From: Lophium mytilinum
Taxonomy: Eukaryota
Assembly: GCA_010093605.1 (NCBI GenBank)
Contig: MU004182.1
Location: 2,821,229 to 2,841,228 of the forward strand
Reading direction: 5' to 3'
Length of the DNA: 20,000 bases
Below are positions 1-11,005 of this stretch, piece by piece. Position 1 is the first letter of the stretch. Each line of letters begins with the position of its first letter. The translations under genes and the position numbers were made by a program. The notes below the pieces were generated by a model that did not search any database, had not been told where the DNA came from, and saw only the letters and a list, made by a program, of their open reading frames with translations.

Positions 1-5
1 CCTAG

Positions 6-988
6 CACGATGCCCCCGGGAAAGGTTCTTACCGCACTACAGGCCTCAGACTTTGGCTTCTTCGGCGCCACATGGTGGCCCTGTGCTCCATTCCCCCAGC
101 TGCGCATCGTGACCTATCTTGTCGTCTGGCTCTTCATCTGGGACGATGAGATTGACCTCTCTGACGGAACCATGTGGAATGCCTTCAGCGCCGCTCAGCT
201 CTACCGAGATCAGACTCTCTCCTATGTACGCTATACACTGGGTATCGATGCTACCCGCCCGCTGGTTACAAATCACATCATTCTGATGTTCGCCCCCATC
301 GGGGAAGCAGTCAGAGAGCGGTACTCGCTCGCACAACGAATGATGTTTTACAACGAAATTCGCTACTTCATGGAGATGAGCGAGAGGGAACAGCGATTGC
401 GGCTCGCGGGCCCGATTCCTAATCTCGAGGAGTTCTGGCGGTATAGGCTAGGGAGTAGCGCCGTTACGGTTTGCCTTGCGCTGAACGAGTTCTCATGGGA
501 AGCGATGGATCTCCCGCTGGAATTTTATGCGGATGATGACGTGAAAAGTATCTTTAGATACACGAACACGATTATCTCGGCGACAAACGATCTCGTGTCG
601 ATTAAGAAGGAAGTGGTGAGTGGTTCGTACATTTACGATCCGAGATTCGGTCGTTAGACTCAGAATGTGGAGCTAATGGTGTTACTAGAAACGTGACGCG
701 ATTGATTCTCTCATCCCAATCATATATTCCCACGTGGGAGATGTCCAAATTGCTGTAGCTGAAGTCATTGCGTTTATAGCGGCTGAGATTGGGAACCTAG
801 ACGATGCGGCTGAGAACTTAGTCATGCGGTATGCGTCCGCCGACGACAAAACGCAGGCCCAAGTGAGAGATTTCGTGGACGGATGCAAGCACTATAGCAC
901 CGGGAACTTCATCTGGTCCCTGGAGACGGACCGATATGATGTTGATTATGCGACCGATGGGTCAGGGGATATTCTCATGACACTTTGA
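6..988 (+). CDS. Class I terpene synthase (probable sesquiterpene cyclase); 5' part probably off-window; exons ~6-615 and 689-988
   Basis: DDxxD motif (WDDEID), YRxxS effector region (YRLGSSAV), NSE/DTE triad (NDLVSIKKE) and C-terminal WxxxxxRY (WSLETDRY). Removing intron 616-688 joins ORF 10..657 to ORF 734..988 in frame (SIKKEV|KRDAIDSLIPII). TAG at 3-5 may be an acceptor of an upstream intron. Confidence 0.92.
616..688 (+). other. Spliceosomal intron of terpene synthase (73 bp)
   Basis: GTGAGT donor at 616, GCTAAT branch site at 672-677, TAG acceptor at 686-688; restores the reading frame. Confidence 0.88.
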
Positions 989-1268
989 GAGCGATAATGG
1001 AAAGAGGAGCAGGTTGGTGAAAGGACTCGAGATATTCAAGATTGCGACCTGTAAGGTGGGCTTAGGTGATTGTACGCGTTCGGAGGAACCTTATAAATAT
1101 TTTTTGAGTCTAGAAAATGTTATAATACTGCTGCACATTCTTTGTGGTCTCGGTTCTAAAGCTGCGTTCAAACTACGGTGTAGCGCTGTTGTCTATGCTG
1201 TTGTCTTTCTATGCCTTAAGAAAATAGGATTAAATATTATCACAACCTTCTCATCTAAACGTGAAGAA

Positions 1269-3181
1269 CTACTTCCTCTTAATGATTGCATCCGCGATTT
1301 TCTCGGCCAGCATGTACACAGTACTCTGTGGATGCCCTGGCACCATAAACGGAAATGCACTCGCGTCTACAACCCGAAGCCCATCTACCCCGAACACCTT
1401 TGCCTTGGAATCCACAACAGCGTTCTTATCCCCTTTCTTTCCCATCGAACAAGTCGCACCCGCATGCCAGATCTGGGTCGCGGCATTCTTCACGAACGCG
1501 AGTATCTGTGCATCCGTCTTGACTGCGTCCCCAGGCGCAACCTCGGGCCCAACTTTGATGCTTGATATGCCGTTGAAGGCTTGTCGTGCCCGCTTCAATC
1601 CAGCCACAGCAACCTCGCCGTCTGCGGGGTTTGTAAACCACCCTAGATCAATGACTGGAGGTATCGCCGAGTCGGCGCTTTGGATGGTGACGCTTCCACG
1701 AGACAATGGCGCCGTGAGACAGGCACTCAAGACACCCAACGTGCTTCCATTCGGGCCTGCAGCCGCACCAGCAACATACTCGACTTCCGGCCAATCAGCT
1801 GGAAACCAGTCAAGAGCGACTTTGGTGGCGCTGGAGAAAGTCTTGCGGAGCGTGCTGGGAATTTTCTCGAAGGAGATGTAGGCTGAGATTGAGCTCAGCG
1901 GACCCCACTGCTGCTCATAGTACTGCTTGTTGGCCTTTTCTGGGTCGAGGGCTATCTCTTGACCTCCGGAGGGCGTGCTGACGACGTTGATGATTTGGAA
2001 GTAGAGCTGGTCCCATAAATTCTGACCGACGCCGGCAAGGTTCGAGATGACGGGGATATTGTACTTGCTCAGTGTTGCTGCAGGACCGATTCCAGATACC
2101 AATAGGAGATGCGGAGAACCGAAGACACCGGCTGAGAGTATGACCTCCCTCTTAGCAGTGAGAATGTACGACTTTTCATTGGCAGTGACCTGGACACCCT
2201 TTGCACGTTTGGAGCTGAAGAGGATCCTCGTCGCGCGTGTGTGGTGGTAGACCTGCAAGCCGGCTGGCACCCCAATCTGCTCCATGTAGCTGGTTCGCGA
2301 CGATGATCGAGTCGCGTCGCACGGGTCGACCGACGTGGTGACGTACGCGCTGGTGCCAGTCAGGAGTCCACTGTTCAGGCCAAGTACACTCTGGGGCAGG
2401 CCGAGAGATCGGATGCCCTTAGCGAGCCAAGTGATGGTTGGATCAACCCATTGCGCCCACGAAACCTGGACTGGGCCTTTGAGAGAATCACTGAAGGCTG
2501 TGGGGTCGTAGATGAAAGTAGCGTTTGGTGTATTGCGTTTGGGGAAGTTAGGAGGATAAGAGAATGCCGATCTTTTGAAGAAAGGGAGGATGTTCCAGTA
2601 CGTGTAGGAAGGATCGCCCACTACATCTGCCCATTTTTGATACGCTCCATACGTTGCGCGATGGAAGGCCAAAGTATTGATCGCAGATGAACCTCCGAGA
2701 GTCTTGCCTTGCGCGTAGTGGATTTGGCGACCTCCAGCCGCTTTTTGAGGGACCGAGACATAGTCCCAATCCATCAATGAGTTTCGAGGGTAAGAGGGAG
2801 TCGTGTCGAGGAACGGCATCGCCGTCGCGTAACCCGGCACTGTGCTGAGATTGCCATTGTCCTGCTCGTAGAAGCCACCAGCCTCAATCACGGCCACGGA
2901 GGCAACTTGAGCTAGACGAGAGGCTATGGCTAGGCCAGCAGTACCGCCTCCAATGACTACAGTCATGGTATTAGTCAAGCAGGCTCAATCGACAAAAGGG
3001 ACGACTGGAAAACAGGATGGCTCATACCAACATAGTCGTAAGTACCGGCTTGTCCAAAGGCTGGCTGCGCGAGAGCCTCGCCGATGACGAGCTGCAAGAA
3101 CAGCAGTGCCGCAGCCACTTGTCCCCCCGAACGCTGTGCAGCCGTCACGATGCCCGCATATATTGGCCCCGAAAAACGCAT
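1269..3181 (-). CDS. GMC oxidoreductase (FAD-dependent, AA3-like; resembles the patE/versicolorin-B-synthase-like group), probably secreted; exons 3181-3028 and 2956-1269, 613 aa
   Basis: Spliced N-terminus gives YDYVVIGGGTAG (Rossmann GxGxxG). Also GKTLGGSSAIN, EVILSAGVFGSPHLL, WHAGATCSMG, LRVVDAS and PGHPQSTVYMLAEKIA (His/His catalytic pair). Hydrophobic N-terminal segment (AAALLFLQLVIG). Confidence 0.93.
2957..3027 (-). other. Spliceosomal intron of GMC oxidoreductase (71 bp, phase 1)
   Basis: GTATGA donor at 3027, ACTAAT branch-like site, TAG acceptor ending at 2957; joins YDYV to VIGGG. Confidence 0.88.
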
Positions 3182-3754
3182 TGCTTTCTCGATCGCCCGA
3201 CGACGAATTGGCGGAAAATCGGGTAAAGAGGTAAGAAAAGCGCCAGCCAGGTGCTAAGAAATGAGGGCCGAGGACACAGCTCGAGCGATGGTACTCGGTA
3301 CCTGCATACCAGCAATCAAACCCATCACGTGAAGAAGGAAGCGCAAGGTTGCGTAGGAGTGCAGGAGTGGCGTCCCTGCGATGCCGGACGAGATGAAGAT
3401 AGTCTAGCGTGCTTGGTTTGCTGTTGGAATGGTGAAGGGACGGCACGGGGCGAGCTCTCCTTGCAACCCGACACCCCGATGTTCTAGGGCTCTGCGGGTG
3501 AACCAAGTCCGTGGATCTGCGTGGGCATATCCCCTGTTAAACTCGGCACGGCATAGCAGCTACCTCCTCGGTCTTCCCGACGTCGAAAATCCTAACTAGG
3601 CATTATTCTCCTGTAAATTTATGCCCCGTCTTCTAGCTATACTATAGTAAGGTAGATAAGTAGTAATATAGTAGTAGAAGATAGAATAGTTATAAAAGTA
3701 AAAATTATATTTACTAAAAGAAAGAAAAAGTAGAAAAGAATAGCCTTAATTATA

Positions 3755-5799
3755 GAGTACTACTAAATATATACTCTATATTTACTTAGTATATACTTTT
3801 TTTCTACTCTATATATACTCTTTTTATATCTAATCTTCTAATTAGTTTAAAGAGCTTAAAGAAAGCTCTAGTACTTAATTCTTATATATATCTATATAAA
3901 ATAAGAAGGCTATATAGCCTTACTATTTTATTATATATTTTTACTATTTTTATAAAGCTATATATATAGGCTAGCTATATATAAGGCCTTATATAAGGCT
4001 ATATATAAGGCTATAGTTATAATAAGGCTATATAGTATATCTATTTTACTATATATACTTTCTATTTTCTATATATATAGGCTATTATATTACTATATAT
4101 ATATCTATATATCTAAAAGTATACTAAAATAGTTAAATTCTTATCTTATTATAGCCTCTCTATATTAAACCTAGCCCCCCTATATTACTACTACGCCTTC
4201 TTAGCTATTTTAATCTATTAACCCCTCTATATACTAATTATATAATACTATCTAATATTAAAGCTCTTTAATAGAAAGTAGTATAGATACTATCTAAGGC
4301 TAAAAAGTTAACTAAGGCTAAGAAGCTAGCTAAGGCTTAGAATAAGCGCTATTATAATACTGCGTAGCCCCTTTCTCTAGTACTATCTTCTTTTTAAATA
4401 CTTTATTCTTTATACTAGGTAGCTAGCTATACTTTTTAAATATAGTAGTAGATATAGTAGTAGATATAGGTATAAATATAGTAGTAGAAAGAGGCCTAGA
4501 TATTACTATATAGTTAAACTTAGGTAGATTAGTAAGTAAATTATTAAATTCTATAATAGCTAGTATAGTAGCTAACTAAGAAGTACTCTAAGTAATAGAA
4601 GCTAGATAGGGGGCTATAAAAATAGGCGGTTCTAGTAGTAGAACTATTAGCGTATATTCTATAGATATATTTATAGGTCTAGCTACTATATCTATATTTA
4701 TAGTAATTTTAAATCTTAATAGCTTTTACTATATATTATTATATATATAATAGCCTCTCCTTATAATAGTAGGCTAGCCGCGCTAGTACTTAATAATAGT
4801 AGAATTCTCTATATCCTTAAAAGGCCTAAAAGAAATAGCTAGCTAATATTCTTCTAGCTAAATAAACTACTAATAGTAATCTATTTCTTCTAGTTATATA
4901 TAGAGCACTAGATCTAGCTAATTTATAAGCGCTTAGTATAGAGAATTATATAGTTTATATATATATAGAATACTATAGATAGACTTAAATATTTAAGTAT
5001 AATTAAGTAGGTTATATTTATTTAATTTAGCCTTTTAGAGCTACTTCTTAAGAAGAATAAGCGCCTATAATATTACCTTTTAATATAGGTTATAGAATTT
5101 AGGTTCTTTAATATTATATAGAGTATAGGTATAATATCTAGCTATTTTATCTCTAAACTTAGACCTAGAGTTAAGAATAAGATTCTATATATTAAGAAGA
5201 ATATTAAATAGATAGCTAGTTAATATTTAAAGAAAGCTCTTAAGTAGGCTATATAAGCCCTTATTTTATAATATAACTCTATAAGAAATTAAATTAGTAT
5301 AATATATCTCTACTACTTTTTTATTTCTTAGTTATTCTTTAAGCTATACTCTTATTCTCTTTAGTACTACTTATTTAGTATATAAGTAGACCCTATATAA
5401 AGTTTAGGCATTTAATTTAAATATTTTAGTATTAAGAAAAATTACTTATATAGTACTAAAGTACTATACCTTATAAATATAGTAGGTAGCCTAATTCTAT
5501 CTATATAGCTACTACTTATTCTCTATATATATTACTAGATTAGGGCGCTTTTTATAGTTATTAAGTAGCTTTTTCTAAGCCTTATTAAATTAAGCTATAA
5601 CTTCTAGCTTTATTATAGTAGTCTAATAGGTAAGAAACTACTCTTTTTTCTTCTATTTCTTCTTCTAAATAGCTTTCTTCTCTTTATTTAATATAGGTAT
5701 AGGTAGCGCGCTATCTATAGTATATATAGGTTCCTCCTTATATATTTTAGCTAGTTTAGTAATAATATTTTTTTTAATATACTATATATAGAAAAGGCG
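3755..5799 (-). mobile_element. RIP-inactivated Mutator-like (MULE) DNA transposon, 3' half
   Basis: Minus strand from 5799 reads RLF-Y-I-*-Y-IKKN (de-RIP: RLFCIWHIEKN, MULE CxWH motif). Near 5260 it reads NKGLYSLLKSFL (NEGSHSLLKSFL, catalytic Glu). Near 4960-5000 it reads YT*IFKSIYSILYIY (CTQTFESIYGIPCMH, SWIM-like), followed by RGRP and TRREPSRFE-like segments. The left end at GAGTACTACT (3755) is a guess. Confidence 0.8.
3950..4095. repeat. Short degenerate AGGCTATATATA-like repeats, probably subterminal repeats of the MULE
   Basis: Multiple aggcta(ta)n units clustered between the presumed element end and the transposase C-terminus. Confidence 0.45.
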
Positions 5800-6222
5800 T
5801 GTAACTATAAGCTATTATTAATATAGTATATTTTTTAGAGCTTATTTTTTATCTATTAAGAAAATATATAGAATAAGAGAATAGTGCTTAAAGAGCTTAA
5901 AGAGCTATAGTACTACATAGTTATAGTTTATCTTCTTCTCTTTTAGTAGAAAATAATAGGTAATTTTAAAGTTATTACTAGTATATATAACGCTAGTAAT
6001 ATATAAAAAGAGTATACTAAATTATTAGGGCTTAAGGTTAGAACGTTAGAATTGTTAGATTAAATAGTATTAATATTAACAAAAGATAAATATAAGAGAG
6101 GAAGAGGTTTCTAGGATAAATATTATAATAACCTAAAGGGCGGAGTAATATTTACCCGTTCTATAGAGCCTCTATTACGTAACCTCTAGTTACGTGTTAT
6201 GCGTAATTATATGGCTATAATA
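5800..6222 (-). repeat. 3' LTR of the Gypsy element (~423 bp; alternative left boundary 5986)
   Basis: On the minus strand it starts TATTATAGCC (RIPed TGT(C/T)ACAGCC) right after the polypurine tract and ends GTTACA at 5800, exactly where MULE coding sequence begins. Confidence 0.7.
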
Positions 6223-6224
6223 CG

Positions 6225-6236
6225 TCTCCCCCCTCT
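6225..6236 (-). other. Polypurine tract (PPT) of the Gypsy element
   Basis: AGAGGGGGGAGA on the minus strand, 2 nt upstream of the LTR start. Confidence 0.75.
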
Positions 6237-6438
6237 AAAGAAGCCCCCTAATTAAAGCTTTTATAAGAGAGAGTCCTTTCTATACTAGAGTATCTATACC
6301 CGCTTAAATATCTATTAAATAAAGTGCCGATTTATGCTTTAGCCGTAAGTAAATAAAGAAAATAAATTAATTTATAGAGGATTACTTATCCTTTCTATTT
6401 TAGTGCAGCCTACTATAGCCTTACTATTTTAGTGCAGT

Positions 6439-6501
6439 AGTATTACTATGCGTAGTATTACTATGCGCAGTATTACTATACATAGTATTACTATGCGCAG
6501 T
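6439..6501. repeat. 15-bp tandem repeat x4 (AGTATTACTATGCGC) in the Gypsy 3' UTR
   Basis: Units start at 6439, 6454, 6469 and 6484 and differ only by C>T/G>A changes. Confidence 0.9.
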
Positions 6502-6679
6502 CTTATAAAGAGTAGCCTTATTTATTTAAACTAGGGCCGGCTATAATAGAGCTATAAGAAGCTATATAGCCTTTATAGCTACTATTCTACTACTAGGTAC
6601 TTATAATAATCTATACTATTATATTATATAATTATTGCGCACGTCCGCAGTTAGGCCTCCTTAATAAATTAATTTAACC

Positions 6680-9600
6680 GCCGGTCTAGTAATTAAATTA
6701 TATAGCTTTTGCAGTATTAGTTATATAGAGGTTTATAGCGGCAAGAATAGTAGCTAAGGTCGGCTTCTAGTCTAATAGTGGTCTAAATAAGGAATAAGGG
6801 CCTAGTTTCTTTAGGTATTAGTAGTGGAAGTCTACTATAAGGTATAGATAACTATTAGCGCAATTATAGTTATTCTATTAGGGTTTATTATTCTATCTAA
6901 TAAACTTAATCTTATATTATAGCATGCCTCTCTTACTAGTACTTAGATTAAGGCGTCTTCTATCTAGGCGGGAATTAATAACTTTCTTAGCGTCGCCTTT
7001 CTAGTATATAGGCGTAGTTTAAATAGATAGAGGCTTAGGATTATATTATCCTTTTATAGGAATAGCGTTAGCTAGGTAAAGAAGCTAAGAATAGAATACT
7101 AGGTATAAATTCTCTATACCTTTAGGTAAGTTAAGCTTATAGGTACTACTATTTTTATAGCTCTTAAGGATTCTAAAGGGGCCTAGCTTTTTAAAGTTAA
7201 GTTTCTTATTTAGGCGGTTTATTTTAATAAACCGTCTATTAAGTATAACTTAATTACCTAGATAATATATATAAGCTAGGCGTTGTCCTGCATTAGTATA
7301 TTTCTTTTACTTAGCCTAGGCCCATTTAATTTCTATATAGAGGAACGCGCGTAACTTATCTATTTTATTAATAAATTTATCCGCAAGTTTTATAAGATAA
7401 ACTATTAGTGCGTTTACGTTTATATTTATATTTACGTCCTTAGATAATCGCGCGGCTAGCGCGGTGCCTATACTAGAAATATAGCCCTTAGTAGCTATAA
7501 AGGGCGCCACTCTAGTAGAGGCGTTCTTAGATAAGTTAGCCTTAAATTTAGCAACCGCGAGGAAGTTAACCTAGTTATTTTGCTAGTAGTTAATATACGC
7601 TTAAAGGTACTACTTTAGGCCTATATTAGTAATTTCCATTTAACTATCTATTTCTAGATAAAAGATAGTAGAAAGTTTTAGTTTTATTCTAATATATTTA
7701 TATAGGTAAGACTAGAAAGTTAAGATAAATTATAATTCTTAGTTAGAAATAATAGACTATAGGTATTCTTTAGTGCACTATATCTATTTAAGGAAGGCTT
7801 AGGCTACTTTCTTAGCGTCTATTATTACTATTAGAATAAACTTACGCATCTTAGAAAGCCTATTAACAACTACTATAATATATTAATAGTCTTGTCTAAA
7901 TTATATATAGATTAGTAGGAGTCTAATAAAATTAACTATAAGATTAGTCTAATACCGTTTAGAAATTAAAAGCAGCTTAAGAAAGCCTTATTTTACTTTA
8001 CGCGCGTGCTTAATCTAATTACATAGCTAATAGGCTTTAATGTAATAATTAATATTAGATATTATTTATAGCTAAAAGTAGTATATTAAAATATAGTTAT
8101 AAGTAGATATAGTTCTACTGTAGCCGACTAGCGGAGGTTTATATAGATTTTTAATAATAGCTAATTAGAGTTCCTCTTTAGTAGGAATATATAATTAGTT
8201 CTTTTAAATAAAAATAAGGCTGTTATAGATTATATAGTTATAGAGTTTAAGCTTAACGCCGTAATTTTTAACTATATTAGTAGGCAGGCGGCGTAGCTTA
8301 GCTCTAATAGCGTCTTTAATAGTGTTAGTAATAGTATTATTAATAAGGGCCTCTTATATGTAATCTATAATATCTTACTCTATAGCACTATTAGTAGGGC
8401 TATTCTTTAACTCCCCCTATCTATTTAGTAACTTCTATAGTTTATTATTAAGGTTACTCTAAGACTCCCCTTAATTAAGTTCTACTTTACTAAGGTTATA
8501 TATTATTGCTGCAAGGGAGACTATATTATAAGTTACGCCGTTAGTTATAATATAAGCTAGTTTAATAGCGTAATGTATTTCTAGTTTAAGATTATAGTCT
8601 TTTAAGATAGTCTATTACTAAACCTTATAGCGCTTATTATTTTTATCTAGTATATTACCTAGGCGCCTAGTTAGTAAATTAGCCTTACTATTATCCTTAC
8701 CTAGCCTATATATAATCCGGAAGTTAAATTTAAAGAGAAATTTAGCCTATCTAGCTTATTATTAGTTAAGCTGCTTAGTCTCTATAAAGTATTATAGGGT
8801 CTAGTAATCTAAAAGAACTTTAATAGAATTACTATACCTATAGCTAGTAAGTTCTATACGCTATTTCTTAAAGGCGCATATAATTGCTAGAAGTTCTTTA
8901 TTATAGATTTAATAGTTAAGCTAGGCTGCGCTTATCTAATAAGATATAAAGGTAACTAGATAGAGGACGCCGTCTTATATTTAGGATAGTATAGTAGCTA
9001 TAATAGTATTAGATATATTATATTCTACCCACGTCTCTAGGTCTAGATTAAAGTAGGCTATCTAAGGAGCGTTAATAAACGCTTATTTTATTTATTTAAA
9101 GGAGAAGTCCTTTAAGCTACCTTCTTACTATAGAAAGGTAAACTACTTATAGACCTCTACCCTAGTAAGTCTTATAAGGGGTCCTGCGATATTAGAGTAG
9201 GCAATAATAAATTACTAGTAGAAGTTATAGAAGCCTAGAAAAGCTTATATATTACAGAGGTTCCGTAGTTATAGCTAGTTAATAACTATATTAACCTTAG
9301 CTAGATCTATTTTAAGGCTATTAACGCTAATAATAATGCCTAGATACTTAACCTCTTATTTATAGAATTTATATTTAGTAATATTAAGGAATAGGCCTAC
9401 CTTATAGAGTTACTAGAGGACCTTCTTAATGTGGCCTACGTGCTCCTCTAATGTCTCGCTAAAAATAAGAATATTATTAAGATAAGCTGTATAGAAATTA
9501 TCTAAGTATTCTAAGAGGATATTATTAATAAAGGCTTAAAACGTTGCTAGGGCATTATATAAGCTAAAGGGTAGGATAGTAAACTTAAATAGGCTGTATC

Positions 9601-11005
9601 TTATAAGAAACGCTGTGTACTTTTTATTGCCTTCTTATATTCTAATAGTGTTAAAAGTAGTAATAATATTAAACTTTATATAGTATTAAGCATACTTTAG
9701 AAGTGTAAGAGTATTCTTTATAGCGGGAGGTATATTACGGGCTTTAATAGTAACTATATTAAGTCTATAGTAGTTAATATAGATGTGGAGGCCTCCCCTA
9801 GGTTTATAAATAATAATAACTAGAGCAGTATACTAACTATTACTTTTTTTAATATAGCCTTTACTATATATTTTATTAATAAATATTTTAATAACTAGTA
9901 TCTTATCCTATAAGAGTCTATAAACTTTACGCGCTAGTACCTTTATCCCGGGTTTAATATTAATATAGTAGTTAATATTAGTATTATCTTTTACTTTATA
10001 ACGCAGTAGTAGCTTATTAGCTTCTTTTAGGTTCTATATATTAAGGAAGCCGTAATATTCTATAGGTACTAATGCTTTAAGTTTATTGCGGGTTATTAGT
10101 TTACGCTCTATCTTCTTAAAGAACTTCCGTTAGTTATCTTTTAATATAGTGTAGAGACTAATAGCTGCTAGGTTATTAGTAAAATTAGCTAAACCTAAGA
10201 TAATATTACTAGATTTATACAGGCGTCTATTAGCGCGCGCTTAAGCTTTAGCTTTCTTATTAGTAAGTATAAGCTTAAAGTGTTTAGGCTATATATAGAT
10301 AGTATCTTTCTCTAGTAACTACTAGAAGTTATATAAATACTCTTTACTAGATACTATATTAATATTAAGTACTTTAAAAGCAGTAAGCTAAGCATTAAGT
10401 TTCTACTTAAATAGGCGCTTGCTAGTGCGGGTAACAGGGTCTTTAAACTAGATATAGACTAGTTTATAATTAACTAGATATTAAGAATAGTAGTAGTTTA
10501 AATCTAGCTGCATTATTTAGGTGCTAAACTTTATATAGGCGTCGTGTATTATAAGCTAGCCTATGCCTAAAATAATATTATAGCCCTTAAGGTTGTAGAT
10601 TAGAGCCTAGAACTTATTATAGTGGCCTTTAATCTATATAGTAACTTTAGCTGCTTTATTAATAACTAACGTAGAACTATTTAGTAGTTTAATATTATAT
10701 AGAGTAGCTTTATAGATATTAAGCTTATACTATTTTATAAAGCTTATAGAAATAAATATAAAGCCGCTATATCTAGAATCTATAAAAATAGTTAATTTAA
10801 CTATTCTAGTTAAAGTAATAATCTTATAGTTAAAGTCTATTTATTTACTAGAGAGAGAAGTAAGACTAATAGCGCATGTAGATAGCTTAATATTAGGTGG
10901 TTTTAGAGGAGGTAGCTTAAGTTCTTAAATGCGTATAAGAACTTAAGCTAGCGTATCTTCTAACTATCTCTAACAACAACTTTTATTAGAGATTACGCGT
11001 TTTCT
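6680..11005 (-). pseudogene. pol: Gypsy pol (protease, reverse transcriptase, RNase H, integrase, chromodomain), many RIP stops
   Basis: Protease FIDSR (=FVDSG, Asp at 10778-10780). RT LPFSLYNALATF* (=LPFGLCNAPATFQ) and YLNN (=YLDD, 9473-9484). RNase H NY*IYNKELLAI. Integrase IISN* (=SDR) and GPF motif ending at 7183. Chromodomain ...VDFHY*YLKKLGP (~6800-6980). The protease, RT, GPF and chromodomain checkpoints all share one frame. Confidence 0.92.

Noticed and set aside
46..888. ORFs 46..336, 174..422 and 685..888
   Set aside because: Shadows of the terpene synthase exons.
1014..2769. ORFs 1014..1565, 1261..1881, 1426..1641, 1680..1886, 2047..2250, 2069..2275, 2451..2690 and 2548..2769
   Set aside because: Antisense or alternate-frame shadows of the GMC gene; no recognisable motifs.
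2985..3506. ORFs 2985..3506, 3017..3226 and 3251..3487
   Set aside because: They overlap GMC exon 1 and its promoter; no domain features.
7316..7510. 64-aa ORF as an independent gene
   Set aside because: A stop-free fragment of the RIPed integrase.
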